NCBI GenBank assembly: GCA_001790095.1
Contig: MGBH01000001.1
Coordinates: forward strand, 840,001 to 872,000
Reading direction: 5' to 3'
DNA length: 32,000 bases
From: Candidatus Saccharimonadota bacterium
Lineage (GTDB): Bacteria; Patescibacteriota; Microgenomatia; UBA1406; GWC2-37-13
The position numbers and the translations under genes were made by a program. Below are positions 21,268-30,100 of this stretch, one piece after another. The number at the start of each line of letters is the position of its first letter. The first letter of the stretch is position 1. The notes under the pieces are model-generated. The model worked only from the letters and a program-made list of their open reading frames with translations. It was not told the origin of the DNA and made no database searches.

Positions 21268-23373
21268 TTATTCATATCTTAACGCATTCAGGGCAGATAT
21301 TTTCTTTGCACGCTGTGCTGGATAGAATCCGGTAATCATACCGACAATGAAAGATGATAAAAGAATGAAAAATACAAGAAATGGCGGGACATATGTCAGA
21401 CTTAAATAACCTTGACCGTTCACAATGGCAATAAGTGAAATGCCAAAAGAAAGGGATCTTCCTATAAACTCACCAAGCATAAGACCTCCGACTCCTCCAC
21501 CTAAGCCCATGATCATAGCCTCAGCAAGAAACAAATCCTGTATCTCATCAGATACAACACCCATTGTCTTCATACCTCCAATCTCTCGCGTTCTCTCAAG
21601 GAGGGACACTGTCAATGTGTTAAACATGCCAAGTGAAGCTACTCCAAGGGCTACCATCCCTAAAAGTCCAAGTAGTAAACGTAAATTGGCAAAAAGTGTC
21701 TCTATTTGGCTCACCGTATCTGCCGTGCTGTTTGTTTTAAAACCCATGGTTTCAATCGCTTTTCTAGACTTGGACATTTTGTCTTTATCCGTGAAAACCA
21801 CTTTGACCTGGGAAAAATTCTTTATTCCAATGGTCTGAGCATCGGTAAACGGAACATACATATACTGAGCATCAACATCATCTACAACTCCCCTTATCGT
21901 ATACTCCACCTGACTCGTCAATACCCTCCCCTCAATCTCCGGCATAAGGTTTTTAACAACGATAAATGAAACTTTAAATGTTTTTCCAACTGCCTGTTTT
22001 TCTGGAATATTTAATAGACGAAGGAATCCAAGCGATACCACCGTCTCACCACTTAATGGAGTATCCAATTTAAGCACGTCTGATTTTTTCTTGACAAGTG
22101 AGGCTTCATCACTTGACTGCAGTTGGACTACTTCAAGACCACCAGCACTTGTTGCAATCACAACCGCATCATAAGTCAAAGCAGATGCGGTAGCCTCGGC
22201 AGGAGAGATCTCAAGAGCCGCTGACTCAGTTGACTCACCCAACACTTCAGCAAACTCTAAACGAGACAATATCTGCAGATCTTTTGACTGCAGACAAACA
22301 GTCTCCCATTTATGCCGGCCTAGTTCATCAAGTATAGGAGTAAATCCTCCGTCAGCGTTTTTTTCAAAAAGTGGGACATGTGCTCTCACCCATAGTCCTA
22401 AATACATATTTCGGATACTGTCAAACCCCTCCCTGCCCTTATTTTCAAATGGAGCATATTCGCCACCCCACACTTCCTCTCCTTCAAATCCACCCTCAAG
22501 CCTGCTTGTATAACCTAGTATCTTTGAGCTACTTGAACACGATTCCCACACAAGAGATGCGATAGTCGGCTTGATATTAAATTCAACAGACCGTATCTTT
22601 CCTCCCAACTCTCCGTTTTGCATTTTGGTCTCAACACCTGCGACCTGACCGTCTGGGGGCGGTGTATAAAGCTGATTAAAGGCAAAATATTTTCCCTTAA
22701 GAAGTCTAACTTTGTTTATCTCTAGATACTGCTTCGGGACTGCGTATACTAAGGTATCTGTATTTGCTTTGTTGTAGCTGACTCTTCCAACCAATGAAAT
22801 AAATGGGACCACCTGTTCTATTTGTGGAAGTTTTTTTAGTTTTTTTACCGCATCGGAGTTCAAACGAAGCGATGTATTCTCTCCTGTTGAGACGTCAATA
22901 ATCTTAAGCTCATCCAAACCTGCAACTTTACTAATGATCAACTTTTCTAGTCCATACCCCAAAGAAAGAAGTAATACAATAATTCCAACACCAACTGACA
23001 TGCCCAGTATAGTGATAAATGAACGCGTCTTTTTTACCATGAGGTTTTTATATGCAAGGGAGATGAGATAAGATCGTTTGAGTTGGGTAGTACGCGTCTT
23101 CTCAATACCGTTCACCATGACTTCATATATTTGATAGAATCTAATTCTCCACAACCCATGTAATTTTCTGAAAGGAATGCCAAGTAAGGGTATTCTCATA
23201 AACATACCATAGATCTTGCCGAATAAGAAAGTGACAAGGAGCATGAAGAAGCTTGCTACCATATAAGTTGCACGTATCGTGTGTGGAATCCCTACTTTTA
23301 TCTTTAATAAGATCTGAACCCAGTACTTCGGGCTTATGATATTTTTAAAGAAATTTAATATATGGGCTTTCAT
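21268..23373 (-). CDS. MacB/FtsX-type ABC transporter permease with an extra N-terminal TM helix and an extracytoplasmic domain of about 430 aa
   Basis: The MacB-like N-terminus is LAYKNLMVKKTRSFITILGMSVGVG. The C-terminal FtsX module is LLGMVALGVASLGMFNTLTVSLLERTREIGGMKTMG...FYPAQRAKKISALNALRYE. A long soluble segment lies between the first and second TM helices of that module. Confidence 0.9.
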   Translation of the reverse strand: MKAHILNFFKNIISPKYWVQILLKIKVGIPHTIRATYMVASFFMLLVTFLFGKIYGMFMRIPLLGIPFRKLHGLWRIRFYQIYEVMVNGIEKTRTTQLKRSYLISLAYKNLMVKKTRSFITILGMSVGVGIIVLLLSLGYGLEKLIISKVAGLDELKIIDVSTGENTSLRLNSDAVKKLKKLPQIEQVVPFISLVGRVSYNKANTDTLVYAVPKQYLEINKVRLLKGKYFAFNQLYTPPPDGQVAGVETKMQNGELGGKIRSVEFNIKPTIASLVWESCSSSSKILGYTSRLEGGFEGEEVWGGEYAPFENKGREGFDSIRNMYLGLWVRAHVPLFEKNADGGFTPILDELGRHKWETVCLQSKDLQILSRLEFAEVLGESTESAALEISPAEATASALTYDAVVIATSAGGLEVVQLQSSDEASLVKKKSDVLKLDTPLSGETVVSLGFLRLLNIPEKQAVGKTFKVSFIVVKNLMPEIEGRVLTSQVEYTIRGVVDDVDAQYMYVPFTDAQTIGIKNFSQVKVVFTDKDKMSKSRKAIETMGFKTNSTADTVSQIETLFANLRLLLGLLGMVALGVASLGMFNTLTVSLLERTREIGGMKTMGVVSDEIQDLFLAEAMIMGLGGGVGGLMLGEFIGRSLSFGISLIAIVNGQGYLSLTYVPPFLVFFILLSSFIVGMITGFYPAQRAKKISALNALRYE

Positions 23374-23376
23374 ATC

Positions 23377-24177
23377 TTACAAATTCAATTTTTTCAAAAA
23401 CTGCGGATCTCTTACGTTTGATTCCACCATATCTTCGCCAATCTCTTTTTTTCCTGCAAAACTATCTTTTAATAAATGCTTGTCTTTTGTGGTATACGTC
23501 TCAACTACTTCTCCATCTAGGATGTGAAATATCTTGGTTGCATATTTAAGATATTCAAGGTCGTGGGTAACCATGATGATGGTCTTACCCTCATCTACCA
23601 GTTTCATAAATCGCTCAAGAAGTTCACGTCCGGATACGGTATCCAGATTTCCTGTCGGCTCATCGGCAATGATAAGGATCGGGTCTATCATAAGTGACCG
23701 TACCAAGCTAATTTTTTGCTGTTGACCGGATGATAGCTCAAGTGGCATATATCCTGCCCATTTGGAAAGTCCTATTGAGTCAAGAAGCTTCATCGCCCTC
23801 TCTCTCGCAACCTCTTCTTTCTCATCCAGCAAATATAGCGGAAACATGACGTTTTCAATGACATTAAATGAACTTATCCAAAGGGGTTCCTGATAAATCA
23901 TACCAACCTTGTCACGTCTAAAAAGTCCCCGCTGGTCCTCAGACATCTTATAAAAATCTTTATCTTCAATCATCACATTACCTTCGCTTGGAGCCTCAAG
24001 CCCAGACAATGTATGTAGGAGAGTTGATTTACCACACCCTGATGGACCAAATATGATGACAAATTCTCCCTTGTTTATGGTGATATTTATTCCCTTTAGC
24101 ACCTCAACCACTCCGGTTCCAACCGGAAACGACTTTTTTACATTGTTAATTTGTATGAGTACTTTTGAGTCTGCCAT
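23377..24177 (-). CDS. ABC transporter ATP-binding protein (MacB/LolD/FtsE class) with a C-terminal tail of about 45 aa
   Basis: Walker A is GPSGCGKSTL, the signature is LSSGQQQK, and Walker B is IIADEPTGNLD, followed by H-loop VTHD. It starts 1 nt after the giant gene's stop and ends 3 nt before the permease ATG. Confidence 0.95.
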   Translation of the reverse strand: MADSKVLIQINNVKKSFPVGTGVVEVLKGINITINKGEFVIIFGPSGCGKSTLLHTLSGLEAPSEGNVMIEDKDFYKMSEDQRGLFRRDKVGMIYQEPLWISSFNVIENVMFPLYLLDEKEEVARERAMKLLDSIGLSKWAGYMPLELSSGQQQKISLVRSLMIDPILIIADEPTGNLDTVSGRELLERFMKLVDEGKTIIMVTHDLEYLKYATKIFHILDGEVVETYTTKDKHLLKDSFAGKKEIGEDMVESNVRDPQFLKKLNL

Positions 24178-24178
24178 A

Positions 24179-27100
24179 TTACCTAATATTTTTTAGAAAT
24201 CCAAATGTTTTGGACAGGTTTTCGATAACTAAGTTAAGCGCGTCTTTTGTTGACTTTGGTGTGATGGTCACGGTGTCATCAGACTGAGCGATGTTTGCAG
24301 CCTTGTCTTTGGAAACTGCCCGAAGATGATAGATCTTTGATGGTGAAAGACCAGGGATGGTGATGACATGGTTGGTCGTCAGATTAGTGTCCTCCTGTGT
24401 GGTCTGACTATAGGTAACACCAGTCCCTTGAGCATATTCAACCTGTGTGGTAGATGGTTCATCGGTATCCCAGCTCACGATAATCTGCGCTTTTGCATCA
24501 TCTCCAATCCCAACGATCGTGCTTTCAACGATCATGTTTTGTATTTCAGGCGGTCTGAAATCCACCGCAGTCTTTACTTTATTGGACGGATTTATGACTT
24601 CGTTCCCTGCTGTGTCTCTACCCTTTACAATGATCGTATAATCGGTATCGTCTTTTAAATTCTTCAAAATAACCTCATGACTTTTCTTTAGTATCAGGCT
24701 TATCTGATCTTTGGCTGCTTCTAGATTGTTGGATGGATAATAGGTAACGATCGATGAGATAGGTGTGTTGGAAGTCCAAATCAATCTAAGTGTGGCCGTT
24801 GGCATACCGCTTACCTGTTGTATACGAAGACCTACTATCTTTGGCACTGGAAGAGTCTCAAATATATAATCATCTCCCGCAAACGTATTACCCTCATCAT
24901 CTTCAACAACAATACGATAATGATAGATCGTTCCCTCTGTAAGACTGTCAAGCTTAAGAGTAGTTGTCGTCTCATTTTTGCTTACTGAAGTCGAACTCAT
25001 GCTTCCATAGGAAAGTGTTTTCCCATATTGTAGCGTTGCCTTTATACCGTTTTTGCTGGTAAAGGTAACATATGCCGAATGAATACTGATATCTGACGCT
25101 TTCACGCCCGATACAAAAGGCGCGGGGTTAGTAGTAAGGGTTATTTCTTCAGATGAGCCATAGTTACCATCTTCATCAGCCCAAGAAACTTGAAAATAAT
25201 AAGCAGTACCAGGCGCAAGTTCTGTCAGTTTAATCTCATGGTTAGTCACTTGATCAGATGATCCAACTTCATTGCCGTAATCGCCTGATTTTGTCCCGTA
25301 TTTGACAAACGAATTACTTGCCCGTGATGTTGACCATATGATAGTTGCACTTTTTGTTTTTACAGTAGCTGATGGAGAAGCGGTGAGATCAGGAGCTTCC
25401 AACCATCTGCCTGTTGGCATAAGAGACACCGTGGTTGAAGCGCTTGAACATTGATCGGTCGTTGTACAAGCCTTTATACAAAGATAATATGTAGTTGATT
25501 CTAGATCAACTCCACCGATTGAAGTCACCACATATGAGTTTCCTGCGGTTGAGCCTGCGATCTCATAACTTGACATATCTGTTGAACATTCGGCATTCGT
25601 AGTTGAAGCATAAACTCTGTATTCTTCAAATGAAGTACCAAGGTCAGTGGGCGGATCCCAAGTCAGTCCTACACGGTATTTTTTTGTCGCACGGATTGAG
25701 TTGTCAAACGCCTCAGGAGCAAGCGGGATACCAGGAGCCTCAACAGATACTGAAAATGTTTTTGAGGCGTAATTAGCATAAGCTACATTATTAGCTTCAT
25801 CAACCGCCACTACGTAAAACGTATTTTCGCCCTCATGAGTACCTGCTATATCATTTACCATGCTAGCTGAGGTCGTTGATATATTAGATGCATTGGGAAG
25901 CTCATTTACCGAGTATCTGTATTCTTTGATAGTACCTCTATATACGGACGGTTCATCCCAGTCAAAATCGAATTGATTTGCCGCAGGATCGCTTGAACCT
26001 AATACAAGATTTCTTGGAGGAGAAGGAGCAACGCTGTTAAAATTAAAATTAACGCTCGTAACAGATGTATAATTACCTGCCACATCGTTTGCCTTGAGAT
26101 AGAACGTATTTGTCCCCTCCTGATAAGCAGTAATACCTGTCAAAGTGCACATACTTTCTGTACATGTTCCGGTAAATGCTTGATATTGAGATAGACTACC
26201 CGATGCAGTTCCGGTTTTATAATAATAATTAAGTAGTCCTGAAGCAGTACTATTTGTAATAGGATCGCTCGTTGGAATCCAGTTAAAGGCGAAGTTGTTG
26301 GTAGAAGTGTAACCGCTTGGCAGTACTGATACGTTTTCTGATGCTACGTCTGTTGGAGAAACAGAATCAAAAAAGTAATGAAACGGAGACCAATGGGTTG
26401 TGTTTATATTTCCTGCATTATCAACCGCCTTTATTTTGAGATAATAGTCTCCATCTTCCGTACCATCTGTTGCAAGGGTTGCACTATAACTTGCAGTTGT
26501 GATAAGTTCACCAGATACTGATGCATCAGCGTTAATATCATTCCCAAAATATACATAGTACCCGTTTACTCCTGACCCTATACCATCATCCGCTCCACTC
26601 CATTCAAAATAGGGATGAGCATAGTTATACCATGTATTGTCTGTTATCGATGCTGATTTTGTTGCGGTCGTATAAGAATCAAGAGTATCTGGATTAGTTG
26701 GAGCTGTTTCATCAGCATAGTAAGTCAAACTTAGATCTGATATGGTCGGAGTTGTCGCGCTTTCTTCTGAGTTGAGTGTGGCTTTTACTTGTACATAACG
26801 ACTTGCCGGAGAATTAATATTGTAAGTGAAGTTTGTTCCTTCAATTTGTTTCAAGTTTGTTGCCTGCGCCCATGCAGACCAGTTTGCCGCATCAGTTGAG
26901 GTTCGAGTCTCAAACATAATGCTGGTTGCAGAAGGCGAGGCGACTGTCGCGGACAATCCGGCAAATCCATAGGTGTTTCCGATACTTAAGGGTTTTGTGG
27001 TATAGGTCCCTTGATATTTATAGGATGATGATGTGGTTGGAATATTATACTTCCAGAATGTCTGAGTATAATTTCCTTGTAATGCGTAAAGAGTATTGCT

Positions 27101-30100
27101 TGGCCCTTTGACCAAAGCACCTCCCGCATATGTTTGAGATGGAGTCATAGTGCCGGTCATCCATGTATCACTCGCAACATCATAGATATGAAAACCGTTG
27201 TTGTTGAATCCGGACATAACATAGATCTTTCCATTGTCATATACGCTTCCTGAGCCGTTGGAGACTAATTCAGGAACAGAGGTAAGCGTAGTCCATGTTG
27301 GTGGGTCCGATATCGTATATTTATAAAAAGTGTTTGTATTATTACCCCTTACAATATACAGATTTCCACTTCCATCATATGTGATAGAGGCACCCCACGA
27401 ACTGCCAAATACATCAGGAGGAGACGCTCCCGGATTTGATTCGGTAGTCCACTCATTTGTTGAGATTGTATACTTATAGAGCGTACGTGAACCAAGTCCA
27501 CGTAGAACATAGATTGTATCACTTCCGTCATATGCGGCTATCTGATTACCGGCCGCGCCTATGGTATCGGGCGCATTTGCCATCTTTGTCCATTCGGAAG
27601 TCGCAGGACTATACCGGTACATGGTTTTTGTGGTACCGCCGCATACGGCATATAGGTTATTGTTCGCATAGACCAATCCGCCATTATAGATACATGGAAG
27701 ATAGGGTAAAATCGACCATTTTTTCGTTGAAACCTGGTATCTATTCATATAGGCAGTACCTCCTTGAGCGTAGTAGATCGTGTCTGATCCATCATATGCT
27801 AAAGAAGTGCCTGTATACGGTTGATGGATGATTGTCTCGCCGTCACTTTGGTATGTGCGATCAAGAGGCAGAATCGGCGTCTCCGGAACAAACCTATTTT
27901 CTTTGAAATCAAACTTGTATATGGCAGTTGTTCCTGCACCCGATGTGCTGTATCCCTGGAAAAGATATGCATAGCGTGATCCGTCATACGCTACAGCTCC
28001 TGAGGATAACCAAACATCTGTTGCAACAGGTACTGATTCCCATTTGTTGGTAAGCATCCCGTACCGCCATACAAACCGTTTGTTGTCTGTATTGGCTTGA
28101 TAGTCATAAGTCGTAAATACGTACAGGTAGTTATCATAAAAGACTACATTATGTGAAGCAGATCCTATGGTATATGGAGCAAGAGGCAGGGTATTGTCCC
28201 ATGTGTCAGTCGCAACTATATATTTGAGAAGTCCTGACCCTCCACCAGTTACTGCCCATATATACGTTGATCCATCGTAATAGAGTCCTGCGCCGGATGT
28301 CACAGCGTAAGGAGGTGCAGACATGTTTCCCCAATCATCAGCCGAGATTGTATATTTCAAGAAACTTGTTGATCCTCCTGAGAATGCATATATCGTATCG
28401 CTTCCAACCCTCACAAGAGATGCTCCATACGACCATGCAACAGTCGGCTGAGTAAGGCTCGAATTCCAGGTGTTTGTTGAGATCGTATATTTGAAAAATC
28501 CATATTGTCCGCCTCCCTGAGATACATAGATGCTGTCATTTCCGTCAAACAACATACTTGATCCATAGTAAATATTACCCGGCGCATCAGTAAGCTGAGT
28601 CCATGAGGTAGAAACTGGATCATATGTATAAAATGTCTTTGTGTTATAACCGCGCAGTACATATATATTACTATTGGCGTATGTTGCTGCTCCATATACC
28701 ATGCGTGCTCCCCAAGGTAGCGTACCTATCTGATATCCTGCCCATGAGCCCCGAGTCATCGCCTCAAGAGTAATAGAGGTATCAGGAGATACGGCAGGTT
28801 TGTCTGTCTCACTTCCTGCGCTAGCTGTTACAATACCTGTCCAAAAAGGATCAGCAGCATCGACGCCTGCTCCACTTCCAAGCTGACCATTGATATTATT
28901 GCCTGAGGAATCACTTACATTCTGCGAAACAGCATCGTCAAAATGATAAAGTCCTACAGTATTTGCATCGGTTGTAAATGGTGTGGTATGGGGCGTGAAA
29001 TCCGCAGTATATCGAGCGATGTTTGAGATCCGCATCTCATCAAGCCCTCCATACATATAACCGGTATATCCACCTGAACCGTTATAACCGATATACTGAG
29101 TGACATTGGTAACGAGTGTACCTGTTAGACCGGTACGGGTAAAATCAAGTCTGCCGTTTACAAACCCCTGCTCAGTACCTGTTGCGGAATCATACGTGAG
29201 AGCAAAATGATACCATTTACCTGACTCCAACATAGTAGTACCCGTATTTGAATATACGCTTGATGAGGCGGTCGTTCGCAACTGATATGCCAGGTAGTTT
29301 TGTCCCGAATACACTCCAACAGCAGTCTGCCATGAAGAATTGCTTCCATAAAAAAGCCTATAACCATTTGAGTTGTAATATTTAAACCATCCCTCTATTG
29401 TTACTGCTGAAGAACCATTAAGCGTTGTGTGCATGGTAGGAAGTCTCACATAATCTGCTCCATCAAAAGTAAGCCCTGTTCCCCATTTTGATGCGCCGTT
29501 TGAGGAAATCATGTCAAGTTTCGGACTGCCCGTTTCGTTTGGATTGCCATAGTATACGTAGTAATTTGTATCGTCCACTCCGGATACAATGCTTTTTTGC
29601 AGTGGAAAATATGTGGTTGAAGCATCTATATACTGATGGTCTATCTCCCTCCAGGATGATCCATCAAGATATATTACTCGCCAATCTTTTCTGTCTTCAC
29701 GAAGTTTACTAGCAGTAACTAATGCGTCCGTATCAATATCCACTTTCACCAGGCTTCCGGCAGATGAGGCAGTGAATGAAGAAATGGTAAGCTGTTTGCG
29801 GTACGCATAGCTCATATTCCACCACGATGTATCGGACGTATAAGTTGCGCTGCGGGTGGATTCTGCATCATCCCAGTCTGCTTGATTTGTCAATGTTGTT
29901 GTTGTAGCAGGTGATATGCCACTATATATATAGCTAAAACCTGCAACCGCATCGGATTTATTACCCAGCTTGTCTTTTGCTTTGATACGAAGATAATATG
30001 TCTCGCCGTTTGTCATACCGGTTGCGACCGTATAATGAGCATCACTCTGATATGTTCCCAGTGTCTCAGGGTCAGCTGCAGCGTTGCTTCCAAAATACAC

